Below, one piece after another: positions 52,027-62,086 of a stretch of DNA of 64,000 nt. Origin of the DNA: an uncultured Eubacteriales bacterium (lineage in GTDB: Bacteria; Bacillota; Clostridia; Christensenellales; Aristaeellaceae). Numbering within the stretch: position 1 is the stretch's first letter; each line of letters begins with the position of its first letter. The notes under the pieces are model-generated. The model did no database searches, had not been told where the DNA came from, and saw only the letters and a list, made by a program, of their open reading frames with translations. The stretch lies in the NCBI GenBank assembly GCA_944349855.1, contig CALVNS010000006.1, forward strand, positions 12,908-76,907, in the 5' to 3' direction. Position numbers and translations under genes: made by a program.

Positions 52027-52671
52027 CTAATCCCGTTCCCATTTCAGCAGCCGGCATGTGCGCGCGTCGAGCTCGAATTCGTATTCCACACCGTCCAGCC
52101 ATGCATCGCCCTCATAGATGGGCATTCCGTCGTCCTGGTCCAGTTCCATGGCATAAAACTCGGCATCAGGCCGATACAGCCTCATCGTCTTCAGCGCGCC
52201 CTCCAGCGTCAGCCTTCCCTCGCGCATGTAGTCGCCAAATCCGAATGCCCGCGCGATCAGGACGCCGCCCTGCACCGTGACCTCGCCGTACATGGACGCG
52301 CACAACAGTTGAAGCCGCTTTCCACCCTCTGGGGTATCCTGGGCAAAGAGCACGCGCGCGTCAGGATAGGCCTCCAGCGCCAGCATCTCGGCTTCCTCTC
52401 GGGATTGCGCGCCAGCATCTTCCGTTACGGCCGGCGTATGCGTCACAAGGGACAACGGCGCATCCGCTCGCAGATCCCACGTCAGATCCAGACGCTCTCC
52501 GGAAGGGAGCGCCAGCGTCAGCACACGCAAACCACCCACCGTCTGGTCGTCGATCACGGCCGCGCCCTCGGGCATCAGGGCCTGCGCCGACTCGGGCAGC
52601 GCCTCCGCCCGGGCGCACAGCGCCAGCGCGCAGGTGAGCGCCGCAAGCAGAAAACCTTGTATCCGTTTCAT
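52027..52671 (-). CDS. secreted PepSY domain-containing protein
   Basis: Signal peptide MKRIQGFLLAALTCALALCARA. C-terminal PepSY-like segment AMELDQDDGMPIYEGDAWLDGVEYEFELDARTCRLL. Confidence 0.65.
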   Translation of the reverse strand: MKRIQGFLLAALTCALALCARAEALPESAQALMPEGAAVIDDQTVGGLRVLTLALPSGERLDLTWDLRADAPLSLVTHTPAVTEDAGAQSREEAEMLALEAYPDARVLFAQDTPEGGKRLQLLCASMYGEVTVQGGVLIARAFGFGDYMREGRLTLEGALKTMRLYRPDAEFYAMELDQDDGMPIYEGDAWLDGVEYEFELDARTCRLLKWERD

Positions 52672-54014
52672 GGCGTACCTCCTGTGTCAGGCAATATCAA
52701 CGTGAAACAGCTTCCCTTTCCCACCTCGCTGCGCACGTCCACGCGTCCGCCGTGGAGCTGCGCGATGCGTTCGACCAGCGAAAGGCCCAGGCCCGAACCG
52801 ACATGGCGCGCAGGATCGGCCTGATAAAAGCGCTCGAAGAGATGTTTCAGGTGTTCGGGCTCGATGCCGGGGCCATCGTCCGCCACGGAAAGCCATGCCT
52901 GCGCGGCATCGCGGCCGACCCGCAGCTGAATCTTCCCATTTTCCCGACCATAGCGCACGGCATTCTCCACCAGATTCAGCACGACCTGCAGCAACATGGC
53001 ATGGTCTCCGCTCACCTGGATCTGTTGACCCCCGTCGGCGACATCCAGCGTCATGCCCTTTGCACCAGCTGCATCTTCAAAGGATGCAGCAGCCATTTCG
53101 GCCAGCAGGCCGAGGTCTACCTTCTCTCGTTCCAGCCGGAACTGCCCTGCGTCCATTCGGGCCAGCAGCAGCAGCTTTCGGATCAGATCGGCCATTCCTT
53201 CCGCCTTTTCGTGAATTCTTTCCAGCGCCTCCCGTTGATCCGTGGCGTCCGCCGCCTCGGACAGCGCAAAGTCGCTCTGGGTCAAGATCGAAGTCAATGG
53301 CGTGCGCAACTCGTGTGAGACGTCCGATGTAAACTGCCGCTCCCGCTCAAAGGCGCGATCCAGGCGTTCGAACATTGCGTCAAACGCTCGTGCCAACGCA
53401 TACAGCTCATCCCTCGCGCCCTCCAGGGCGATGCGCTTCTTCAGGTCGGTGCCATCCACGATGCTTTCCGCCGTGCGCACGATGCGCGAAACCGGCTGAA
53501 AGGCCCGGTATGCGATGCCATAGCCCCCAACTCCCGCCAGCAATACCAGCCCCGGAAGCGCCAGCAGCGACAGCCTGCTGCGCCCCTGCAGCAATCCCTG
53601 CGCGGTATCCGCCGATACGCTGCACCGCAGCCACAGATCCTCTCCCTCATCGAACGAGAGCTTCGTATCGTATACAAACCACTCGTCGCCGGCCAGGCCC
53701 TCCGCACGGCGCATCTCGCCCTCGGCAAACGGCAGATCGGCCAGATGCCGTCCATAAATCAGATCGCCATCCATGCTGAACAGCGCCACGCGCGCGCTGG
53801 GCAAGTCGTCCAGATTTCGGTCGATGTCCAGTTCGCCATCCTCATAGCGAATGTCATCGCGCGCCAGCTGTGCCGTGGCCATCAGCGAATTGCGATAGTA
53901 GTCCCACAACATGCCCTGTTCACCAATGAGCTGAAAAGCCATTGCCGCGCTGGCGATGATTGCCGCCAGCAGCGTACACAGCAGGGTCACCCGCAGCTTG
54001 ATGCTCAGCTTCAC
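52668..54014 (-). CDS. sensor histidine kinase (TM-sensor-TM-HAMP-HisKA-HATPase)
   Basis: H-box FTSDVSHELRTPLTSI, N-box LVENAVRY, G-boxes DDGPGI / GSGLGLS. 4-nt overlaps on both sides. Confidence 0.9.
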   Translation of the reverse strand: MKLSIKLRVTLLCTLLAAIIASAAMAFQLIGEQGMLWDYYRNSLMATAQLARDDIRYEDGELDIDRNLDDLPSARVALFSMDGDLIYGRHLADLPFAEGEMRRAEGLAGDEWFVYDTKLSFDEGEDLWLRCSVSADTAQGLLQGRSRLSLLALPGLVLLAGVGGYGIAYRAFQPVSRIVRTAESIVDGTDLKKRIALEGARDELYALARAFDAMFERLDRAFERERQFTSDVSHELRTPLTSILTQSDFALSEAADATDQREALERIHEKAEGMADLIRKLLLLARMDAGQFRLEREKVDLGLLAEMAAASFEDAAGAKGMTLDVADGGQQIQVSGDHAMLLQVVLNLVENAVRYGRENGKIQLRVGRDAAQAWLSVADDGPGIEPEHLKHLFERFYQADPARHVGSGLGLSLVERIAQLHGGRVDVRSEVGKGSCFTLILPDTGGTP

Positions 54015-54691
54015 GCGTCCTCCCGCAGGACATAGCCCACGCCTCGGACGGTTTTGATCAGCTTGACGTCGTATTCGTCGTCGATCTTGCGGCGCAAGTA
54101 GCGGATGTAGACGTCCACCATGTTGGATGCGCCCATGTAGTCATAGCTGAACAGCTTCTGCCCGATCTGATCCCGAGACAACACCGTGTCATGGTGGGTC
54201 GCCAGGATTTCCAGCAATGCATACTCCCGCGCAGTGAGGTCAATGCGCCGGCCGCCGCGTGACACCTGATGCGAAGCGGTGTCGATGCGCAGATCCGCCA
54301 CCTCGATGACGCTTGTTGTGCGGCGCCCTGCGCCGCTGCGACGCGCCAGCACGCGGATGCGGGCCAGCAATTCGCTCAGCGCAAACGGCTTGACCAGGTA
54401 GTCGTCGCCCCCCGCGTCCAGGCCGGTCACTCGATCATCCACCGAATCCCGAGCCGTCAGAAACAGGATCGGCATGTCCATCCCCTGCGCACGCGCGCGC
54501 CGCACCACGCTCAGGCCATCCTCGCCGGGCAGCATGATGTCCATCAGCACGACGTCATAGGCGGTCGACCTCATGTATTCATAGGCGTCCGGCCCAGTCT
54601 CGCACACGTCCACAGCGTATCCTTCCGCGGTCAGGCGCTTCTTGACGGCGCCGGAAATCGCCCGATCATCCTCCGCCAGCAATATGCGCAC
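54011..54691 (-). CDS. OmpR-family response regulator
   Basis: (GTG)RILLAEDD..., DVVLMDIMLPGEDG, winged-helix C-terminus (RYLRRKID...IKTVRGVGY). GTG 54691 follows GGAGGG. Confidence 0.9.
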   Translation of the reverse strand: MRILLAEDDRAISGAVKKRLTAEGYAVDVCETGPDAYEYMRSTAYDVVLMDIMLPGEDGLSVVRRARAQGMDMPILFLTARDSVDDRVTGLDAGGDDYLVKPFALSELLARIRVLARRSGAGRRTTSVIEVADLRIDTASHQVSRGGRRIDLTAREYALLEILATHHDTVLSRDQIGQKLFSYDYMGASNMVDVYIRYLRRKIDDEYDVKLIKTVRGVGYVLREDA

Positions 54692-54793
54692 GGCTCGTCC
54701 CTCCGTCACAGAAACAATGGGGGCCCGGGACGCACAGGCGCCCCGGGCATCGTTTACAGGTCCGCGCTCCGACATCGCGCTTCGCGTGCCGGC

Positions 54794-55417
54794 TCAACGA
54801 TCCACGGCTTCAAACTCCATGGACACCGACTGGTAGTCATTCTCACCATAGAGGGATACGCCGCTGACCGTGATCGTATAGGTTGCGCCATATTCCAGGC
54901 CTTCCGCCCGGACTTCCAGATTGTCCGAGTCGGACTCCAGGATGCGCACCTCGTACGCCGTTCCATTCTGGTCTTTCAGCTCCACCTTCAGGTCAAGATA
55001 GTCCACGCGCTCAAAGAAGTCGATGTCGAGCTCCTCGTCCCTTCGGTCATACTCCACAAACTGAATGGCGGGAACGCCTTCTTCGGGCAGCGCGATCTGG
55101 GTTTCAACCGTCACGGCCTCTTCGGAGCGCCGCATCCGCACGCCGGAGATGACGACATCATAGGTCGCTCCGCCCGGCACATTCTCAATGTAGAAGGTGA
55201 GGTCATCGTCATCCTTTTCCACGACGGTGGCGGGGTATTCCACGCCATCCTCTCCCTTCAGGGTGACGGTCGTGTCCTGATAGCTCACGTCCCGGGCAAA
55301 CTCGACGTCGATGAACCCGCGGCCCTCGTACTGTATCTTTTGGACGACCGGCGTTTCCGCCGCAGCGGGAACAGCCAACACCAGGATCGCCAGCAACAAC
55401 ATCATCACTTTTTTCAT
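54794..55417 (-). CDS. secreted protein with two tandem ~85-aa beta-rich repeats
   Basis: Signal peptide MKKVMMLLLAILVLAVPAAA. The internal duplication shares IQ[YF]...D[VI].F.R.V.Y...V.LK...G..Y...V.E.D.D.L......GATY...[IV]SGV. Confidence 0.6.
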   Translation of the reverse strand: MKKVMMLLLAILVLAVPAAAETPVVQKIQYEGRGFIDVEFARDVSYQDTTVTLKGEDGVEYPATVVEKDDDDLTFYIENVPGGATYDVVISGVRMRRSEEAVTVETQIALPEEGVPAIQFVEYDRRDEELDIDFFERVDYLDLKVELKDQNGTAYEVRILESDSDNLEVRAEGLEYGATYTITVSGVSLYGENDYQSVSMEFEAVDR

Positions 55418-55588
55418 TTTGATTTCCTCCTCGTTTTCGTCGCCTCTCAGCGCCTGAAATCAGGATACCACGGATGGATTAAAGAAAAATGAATGCGCAA
55501 AACTTTTTTCCGCGCTTTGTCCTCACCGTTCATTATACCGGATTTTTTCGGTTTCGCAAGGGTGGGACGAGCACATTTGAATGTGAAA

Positions 55589-55621
55589 CAAAAAAGCCGG
55601 CATGATCCAAAGATCATGCCG
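55589..55621 (-). terminator. rho-independent terminator after the FAD-oxidoreductase gene
   Basis: 10-bp stem CGGCATGATC / GATCATGCCG with a 4-nt loop, followed by CTTTTTTGT on the minus strand. Confidence 0.85.
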
Positions 55622-55637
55622 ACACTGTTCCCGACGT

Positions 55638-56924
55638 TTATCCGCGCAGCTTGCAGCCCTGTGCGAGGAGTGCATCGCGCACGTCTTCATAGCGCAGCGC
55701 CGAAACCGGCGTATGCCGTTCGATGGAGACGGCGGCCATGACGCCGGCGGCCTGGCCCACTGCCATGGCGATGTTCATCACGCGGTAAGAGGCATGCGCG
55801 CGGTGCGTACCGCTGATGCAGCGGCCGGAGAGGATCAGGTTTTCCACACCAAGCGGTTGCAGGCAGCGCATGGGAATGTCATACGGCCGGGCCTGATACG
55901 GGCACCCCTCGCGCTCCGCCTGTCCCCCGCCGGCGGGATTGTGGATGTCGATGGAGAAATTGGCACGGTGCACCACGCAATCCGGCTGCTCGCGGCCCTC
56001 AATCAGCTCTTCAGCCGAAAGCACATGCAGCCCGCGGATGCGGCGGCTCTCGCGAACGCCCAGCGTGGAGGCACTCACGCGCGTATAGATGTGTTCAAAG
56101 CCGGGGATCTCCTCGCGCAGGAAGCGATTGACCTGTTCGATCTGTGCGCGCAACAGAATCTCCGCCCGCTCCGTGTCGCCGTCGCGTAGCAAGTTCACGC
56201 CATTGGCCTGTGTGGCGTTGACCAATCGCTCTCCGGGCCGTCCCGTAGCATACAGGCGCACAATGGTCACATTGGCGGGCAGACGTCCCTCCGCCGCGGC
56301 CTTCTCGCACGTTTGCAGGTACTCGCGTCCATCGCCCAGATCGGTATAGTGCTCCTCATGGTTACATACCAGCGTGCTTGCCGGATCGACGCCCGCGATG
56401 GTGTACATCAGCGACGAGGGCTGCACGAGGCCGTCCTCATCGCGCCCCACCATGGCCTGCGCGCCAGCCATGGCGGATACGTAGCCGTCGCCTGTGGCAT
56501 CTACCACGCGTTGGGCACAATAACACGCCAGGCCCGCCTGCGTCTGGGCGAACACGCCGTGGATGACACCGTCCTCCACAAGCGCATCCAGTACGCTCGT
56601 CTGCAGCCGAAACTCCACACCCTCGCGACGCAGCAGGTCGACCAGCAACCCCTTGGCCTGTTCGTTGTCGATCCCAGTGGATGAGTCGGGGCTGCGCAGC
56701 AATGCCGCGATCTCATCGCGAATTGTGCCTGGTGCGACGGCACCCATGACCGTCGTCACATTGCCCAGCGTCAGGCAGCCGCCCACCGTGCCGTAGCGCT
56801 CCAACACCATGACGCGCATGCCCATGCGGGCGGCGCTCACCGCGGCAGCAATGCCCGCAGGCCCTGCACCACAGACCAGTACATCCCATTCGCCCCGCAC
56901 CGGTGCTTGCGTACGGTATTCCAT
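55638..56924 (-). CDS. FAD-dependent oxidoreductase
   Basis: N-terminal dinucleotide fold WDVLVCGAGPAGIAAAVSAARMGMRVMVLE. Resembles the FAD_oxidored family common in glycan loci (recollection). ATG 56924 follows GGGGAGGA. Confidence 0.8.
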   Translation of the reverse strand: MEYRTQAPVRGEWDVLVCGAGPAGIAAAVSAARMGMRVMVLERYGTVGGCLTLGNVTTVMGAVAPGTIRDEIAALLRSPDSSTGIDNEQAKGLLVDLLRREGVEFRLQTSVLDALVEDGVIHGVFAQTQAGLACYCAQRVVDATGDGYVSAMAGAQAMVGRDEDGLVQPSSLMYTIAGVDPASTLVCNHEEHYTDLGDGREYLQTCEKAAAEGRLPANVTIVRLYATGRPGERLVNATQANGVNLLRDGDTERAEILLRAQIEQVNRFLREEIPGFEHIYTRVSASTLGVRESRRIRGLHVLSAEELIEGREQPDCVVHRANFSIDIHNPAGGGQAEREGCPYQARPYDIPMRCLQPLGVENLILSGRCISGTHRAHASYRVMNIAMAVGQAAGVMAAVSIERHTPVSALRYEDVRDALLAQGCKLRG

Positions 56925-56990
56925 AGTTTTTCCTCCCCAATTGTCCGCGGCGCAGGTCATTCTGCGCCGCGGACCTTGTTGTCAGGACTG

Positions 56991-58430
56991 TCAGCGGTTC
57001 TGGTACCACTCGTTGTACGCGTCGGCCGAGGCCTGTCCGCCGGCAGCGCGCCATTCCTCCACAAAGGCGTCGTGGTCCGCGACATCGCGCACGCCGACGA
57101 TCACCTGCAGCACATAGTCGTTGACCATCGTCTCCAGCGCCGCCTTGTTCTCTGCGACCACCGGCAGCGTCGGGCACAGGTCCGTCGGGTTGCTGACCGC
57201 CAGCGCCTCGTACTGGTTCAAGCCGTCGTAGATCTCGGCGACCGCCTCTGTGCGGCGCGTGCGTGCCATCCACATGTCGCCATAGCAGGTCATGTCAAAG
57301 CTGTTGAGGTACCACCACGCATTGTTGCGCAGCTCCGTGAAGATCGGCATGATCGGCCAGTAATTTCCCTCTTCGTCGATGGTGAACGTTTCGCCCTCGG
57401 TTCCGATGGTGATGTAGGTGAACACGTCCTCATCGAGCTTGCGGTTCATGAAGCGCACCGCATGCTCGGGGTTTTCCGCCGTCTTGGGAATGCAGCTGAC
57501 ATTGTTGAGCGCCTGCTGTTTCTTGATGCCCGCATTGCCCTGCTCATCCGTAAACGGCGGCAGGTAGATCAGCTCGACGTCCAGGCCGCTGTCGATGAGT
57601 GCCGTCAGCGGACTGTCGGTCCAGCCGCCGCAGGCATACGCAAATACATTGCCGGAGGAGAGTTTTTCAGTGCGCGTCGTCTCGTTATTGACCGCGATAT
57701 CCGGGTCGAGCAGTCCCTCGGCATACAGGTCTGCCATGTAGGCGAGATATTCCCGATAGGCCGGCAGCTCAATCTGGTTGGCCAGCTTTCCGTCCGCCTC
57801 ATTCCAGTCAAAGTAGAATCCAAAGCCCGAGCTGATGACGCCGATGCGCGCCTCGTTCTTGGTCAGGAAGGGGATCATATCCGGCTTGGCCTCCTTGACG
57901 GCCTGCAGCACCGCCTTGAACTCCTCGGCGGTCGTAGGCACGTCCAGGCCCAGTTCTTCCAGCACATCGCCGCGCACGACGACACCCGAGTCAATGCTGG
58001 CGCGCTCAGCCATCATGGGGATGCCGTAGATCTTGCCGTCCTCACCTGTGGTGAGCGTATAGGCGTCCTTGGTGATCAGGGTCGTCAGATTGTCGCCGTA
58101 TTCGGCGAGCAGGTCATCCAGCGGCAGGAGCATACCGTTGGAGAGCAGCTCCAGGTACATCGTCTCGCTGATGCGCAGGATGTCATACTTCTCGCCGCCG
58201 CCGATCTGCATGAGCAGGTTCTGCAGGTCGTCCTCTACGGGCAGCATGAAGTATTCGACATGGTAGCCGGTTTTTTCTTCAATGGCCGTCGCTGTCGGGT
58301 CGTTGTTCGGATCGTGCGCATTGTAGGTGCCCAGCACACGCAGCGTCGGGAGTTCCTCCTCCGCCGTAGCCAAGGGCGCCGCGCACAGCAGCAGTAACAT
58401 TGCAAGGAACAGGGCCAGCGTCTTTTTCAT
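56991..58430 (-). CDS. extracellular solute-binding protein (ABC, CUT1 family)
   Basis: 479 aa. Signal peptide MKKTLALFLAMLLLLCAAPLATA. Follows two permease genes. Confidence 0.85.
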   Translation of the reverse strand: MKKTLALFLAMLLLLCAAPLATAEEELPTLRVLGTYNAHDPNNDPTATAIEEKTGYHVEYFMLPVEDDLQNLLMQIGGGEKYDILRISETMYLELLSNGMLLPLDDLLAEYGDNLTTLITKDAYTLTTGEDGKIYGIPMMAERASIDSGVVVRGDVLEELGLDVPTTAEEFKAVLQAVKEAKPDMIPFLTKNEARIGVISSGFGFYFDWNEADGKLANQIELPAYREYLAYMADLYAEGLLDPDIAVNNETTRTEKLSSGNVFAYACGGWTDSPLTALIDSGLDVELIYLPPFTDEQGNAGIKKQQALNNVSCIPKTAENPEHAVRFMNRKLDEDVFTYITIGTEGETFTIDEEGNYWPIMPIFTELRNNAWWYLNSFDMTCYGDMWMARTRRTEAVAEIYDGLNQYEALAVSNPTDLCPTLPVVAENKAALETMVNDYVLQVIVGVRDVADHDAFVEEWRAAGGQASADAYNEWYQNR

Positions 58431-58463
58431 GATGAGACCTCCTTCTTTTATCTTTGCCAGGCC

Positions 58464-59342
58464 TCAGCCCTTGACCGAGCCGATGGTGAGGCCGTGGACA
58501 AAATACTTCTGCAGAAATGGATAGACGATCAGAATGGGAATGGAACTGACGACGATCGCCGCCGCCTGAATGCCGCTGCTGGAGAGCCCGGCTGCCTGCG
58601 CGGGATCCAGTTCATATAGGTTCTGCGTGGTCGTAATCATCTCGTACAGATACAATTGCAGGGGCTTGGCGTCCGCACGGGTGACAAAGATCATCGCGTG
58701 GTAGTAACCGTTCCAGTAGGCAACGGCGTAGAAGAGCGCAATGGTCGCCAGCGACGGCAGCGACAGCGGCAGCACGATGCTCACGAGTGTGCGCGCGGGC
58801 CCGGCGCCGTCGATGCGCGCCGACTCCTCAATCGCCTCCGGCAACCCTTCAAAGAACGTCTTCATGATGAACAGGTTGTATTGCGAGAGCACCAGCGGAA
58901 TGATCTGGCACCACAGCGTGTTGAGCAGGTTGAGCGCGCGCATCAGGATGTACACGGAGATCATGCCGCCATAGAAGAGCATACTGAACACGTACAGCAG
59001 TAGGATGACCTTGCGGCCTTTAAAGCCCGGTTTGGACAGCGGATACGCCGCCATGGTCGTGATCGTTAGCGCCAAGAGCGTGCCGACGATCGTGATGAAC
59101 GCGCTGTTTTGGAACGTTCTCCAGAACAAATCGTCCTGCAATACATAACGGTATGTGCTCAGCGTCCAGTCGATCGGCCAGAAAGCCACGCGCCCTGCCG
59201 ACACCGCCGCGCGCCCCGAGAGGGACTTGGCGGCCATGTGCACGAAGGGCAGCAAGCACACCAGACCCAACAGTGAAAGCAGCGCCACGTTGATCACCCG
59301 CAGCACGCGATCTCCTCCGCTCTTTTGCGTCACTGCCGCCAT
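58464..59342 (-). CDS. carbohydrate ABC transporter permease
   Basis: 6 TM, EAA loop (IEESARIDGAGPARTLVSIVLP). ATG 59342 lies 1 nt after the upstream stop. Confidence 0.85.
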   Translation of the reverse strand: MAAVTQKSGGDRVLRVINVALLSLLGLVCLLPFVHMAAKSLSGRAAVSAGRVAFWPIDWTLSTYRYVLQDDLFWRTFQNSAFITIVGTLLALTITTMAAYPLSKPGFKGRKVILLLYVFSMLFYGGMISVYILMRALNLLNTLWCQIIPLVLSQYNLFIMKTFFEGLPEAIEESARIDGAGPARTLVSIVLPLSLPSLATIALFYAVAYWNGYYHAMIFVTRADAKPLQLYLYEMITTTQNLYELDPAQAAGLSSSGIQAAAIVVSSIPILIVYPFLQKYFVHGLTIGSVKG

Positions 59343-59343
59343 A

Positions 59344-60288
59344 TCACCACAAGCTCCTTCCAAATGCCTTGCGGCTGACGCCGTTGCACGAGACGATCAG
59401 CACAAAGCCTACCAATGACTCGAACAAGCCCAGCGCCGTCGCGGACGAAAAGTCGAGTTTGCCCAATCCGGTGCGGTAGATGTACGTCTGCAGCACGTCG
59501 GCCGTGGAGTAGACCGTCGGGTTATACATGATGAGGATCTGTCCATACCCGGCCTCCAGAATGCCGCCCAAGCGCAGCAGGAGCATCAGTGAGATCACCG
59601 GCGCGATGCCCGGCAACGTCACATGCCAGATGCGCCGGAGCCGGCCCGCGCCGTCAACGTAAGCCGCTTCATACAGCTCCTGGTCAATGCCTGTCAGGGC
59701 TGCCAGATAGACGATCGCCCCCCACCCGCTCTCCTTCCAGCCCTCAGTGAACACCAGCAGCCAGCGGAAGGCAATCGGATCGGTATAGAAGCTGGTCTTT
59801 CCTAGATCCAGCGCCTCCAGCACGCGGTTGAGAATGCCGTTGGCCGATAGCATCGTCAGAAAGATGCCATGGATGACCACCCAGCTGATGAAATGCGGCA
59901 TGTAGATCAGCGTCTGCGTCACGCGCTGAAAGGGACGGCACCGCACCTCGTTGAGCATCAGCGCCACCAAAATCGGGATCGGGAAGAGTACCACCAGCTT
60001 CATTAGGCTGATCGTCAGGGTGTTGCGCAGCAGCCGCCAGAAGTCAGCCGAGCCGAAGATCTTTTCAAAGTGCTGCATGCCCACCCACGGGCTGACGAAC
60101 ATCGACTCCAGGATATTGTCGCCCGCAAAGATGCTGAAATCCTTAAACGCCAGCTGCAATCCTACCAGCGGCAGTAACTTGTAGCCGATCACGTAGACGA
60201 GGCCCGGCACGGACAGCGCGTAGTACAGCCAGTTGGCCCGCAGGTACGCGCCCAGCCGCGTCCGCCTGCGCGAAAGGGTCGTTTGCAT
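59344..60288 (-). CDS. carbohydrate ABC transporter permease
   Basis: 6 TM, EAA loop (YEAAYVDGAGRLRRIWHVTLP). ATG 60288 follows GGAGGGAGGAG. Confidence 0.85.
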   Translation of the reverse strand: MQTTLSRRRTRLGAYLRANWLYYALSVPGLVYVIGYKLLPLVGLQLAFKDFSIFAGDNILESMFVSPWVGMQHFEKIFGSADFWRLLRNTLTISLMKLVVLFPIPILVALMLNEVRCRPFQRVTQTLIYMPHFISWVVIHGIFLTMLSANGILNRVLEALDLGKTSFYTDPIAFRWLLVFTEGWKESGWGAIVYLAALTGIDQELYEAAYVDGAGRLRRIWHVTLPGIAPVISLMLLLRLGGILEAGYGQILIMYNPTVYSTADVLQTYIYRTGLGKLDFSSATALGLFESLVGFVLIVSCNGVSRKAFGRSLW

Positions 60289-60505
60289 GTTTGCTCCTCC
60301 CTCCAAAAGACCGTCATGCGAAAGTTTCCTTGTTGTGCGCCTGCGCCTTTTTTCGCCTTTTATTGTATGCATTTATGTGCAATCTGTCATTGGAAAATGT
60401 TTCGATTTTGTGGACTATCCTTTGAATCCCTTCAATTGGTGTTGAAGCGCCCCTCCTTCTTCCTCTATAATGAAGTAGAATCCAATGCCGAGAGGAGGAT
60501 GCGCC

Positions 60506-62086
60506 TTGTACAAGCTGCTGATCGTCGATGATGAATACCAGGTTCGCACAGGCCTGCGCGATCTGATCGACTGGAACGCCCTGGGCATCATTGTTGCCGC
60601 CGACGCGGACGATGGGGAAACGGCTCTTCCGCTGTTGCATGCCATCCGGCCCGACATCCTGCTTACCGACGTACGCATGAACCGCATGGAGGGACTCCAG
60701 CTCGCCCGCGAGGCGCGCCGCCTGCTTCCGGACATCGCCATCGTGTTCATCAGCGGCTACTCCGACGCGCAATACCTGCGCGACGCGCTGCGCGTCAAGG
60801 CGGTCGACTACCTGTACAAGCCCGTTCGCATCGCCACGCTGCAGACGCTGATGCGGGAGGTCGTCGCCAAGCTTGACGCGCGCGCACAGGAGGTCCAGCG
60901 TCGGGAGCAGGCGCGCCGGCTGTGGGAAAAGAGCCGCCCGCTGCTCATCGAGCGCTTTGTCCGCGATTGGCTGAGCGGCGTGCTGGAGGACGAGCAGGTC
61001 ATCCGCGAACGCCTCGCGCAGTTGGATCTTCCCTTTGCGGCCTCCGGCGGCATTGGCGTGGCCGTGTTTCAGCCCGAATGGGACGTGTTTCCCGATGGCT
61101 CCCAGGCGCAGACGTGCCAGATCCTGCTGGAGCGCTCCGTTCGCCGCCTGTTGCCGGGCGCTCTGACCTGTGCGGAGGGGACCGGCGTCATCGCACTGTT
61201 TTCGGCGTGTGATGCGGATGCACTGTATGCGCTGGAGAGTTCGCTCAATGCCCTCTCCGCCGAGGCACGCGAGCAGTTGGGCGCGCGATTGCCGATCGGC
61301 GTCAGCGCGTGGCATGGCTGGTCCGATGCGCCATCCGCGCTGGACGAGGCGCGGCAGGTCGTCGAGCGGCGCATCGACGTCCTCGAGGGCGCGGCATTCT
61401 TCAGTCCGCAGGATGCGACGGCCATGCCGGAAACATCGCAGGCAGTCACCACGCCGGATCTCGACTTTCTTTCCCATTCACTGCTTACCGGCGATTTTGA
61501 GGCCCTTTGGAGTGGCCTGCAATCGCGCATCACGGAGACGCTTCGCGCAGAACATGGCGCTGAACGAGCACGCGAGATGCTGATGCTCTGTGCGCTGCAC
61601 GCAGACCTGCTGTTATACCGACGGGGTCTGGATGGAGTGGACGCATGCGCGCTGTGTCGCCGGGCGCTGGGGCACATCTCCGTATACGGCCTGCTCAATG
61701 CATTGGGCGCAGCCCTGCGCGACGCATGCGAGCGCGTGCGCCAGGAGCGCTCGCGCACCTACAGCGCCGCCGTTGAGCGCACGCTGGATGTGATCCGCAC
61801 GCGCTATGCCGAACCACTGCGCGTGGAAGATCTGGCCGCCGTCGCACACTATTCACCGTCCCACCTGAGCACGCTGTTTCGCCAGGAGACGGGCACAACA
61901 ATCGGCGACGCGCTGTTGCGCGCGCGTCTGGACGCGGCGATGGAGCTGCTGCGCTCCACGACGGAGCCGGTCTCAGCCGTGGCGCAGCGGGTAGGCTATG
62001 CAGATATGCAGTACTTCTCCCGCGTGTTCAAGCGGTCCACCGGCTTGACGCCGCTGGAATACCGCAGAAAGGCCCTGCCATGCTGA
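60506..62086 (+). CDS. response regulator with AraC-type HTH output (YesN-like)
   Basis: (TTG)YKLLIVDDEYQVR..., DILLTDVRMNRMEG, and a C-terminal AraC HTH pair (LRVEDLAAVAHYSPSHLSTLFRQETG ... YFSRVFKRSTGLTPLEYR). TTG 60506 lies 6 nt after GGAGGA; the ORF opens at 60485. Confidence 0.9.
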   Translation: MYKLLIVDDEYQVRTGLRDLIDWNALGIIVAADADDGETALPLLHAIRPDILLTDVRMNRMEGLQLAREARRLLPDIAIVFISGYSDAQYLRDALRVKAVDYLYKPVRIATLQTLMREVVAKLDARAQEVQRREQARRLWEKSRPLLIERFVRDWLSGVLEDEQVIRERLAQLDLPFAASGGIGVAVFQPEWDVFPDGSQAQTCQILLERSVRRLLPGALTCAEGTGVIALFSACDADALYALESSLNALSAEAREQLGARLPIGVSAWHGWSDAPSALDEARQVVERRIDVLEGAAFFSPQDATAMPETSQAVTTPDLDFLSHSLLTGDFEALWSGLQSRITETLRAEHGAERAREMLMLCALHADLLLYRRGLDGVDACALCRRALGHISVYGLLNALGAALRDACERVRQERSRTYSAAVERTLDVIRTRYAEPLRVEDLAAVAHYSPSHLSTLFRQETGTTIGDALLRARLDAAMELLRSTTEPVSAVAQRVGYADMQYFSRVFKRSTGLTPLEYRRKALPC

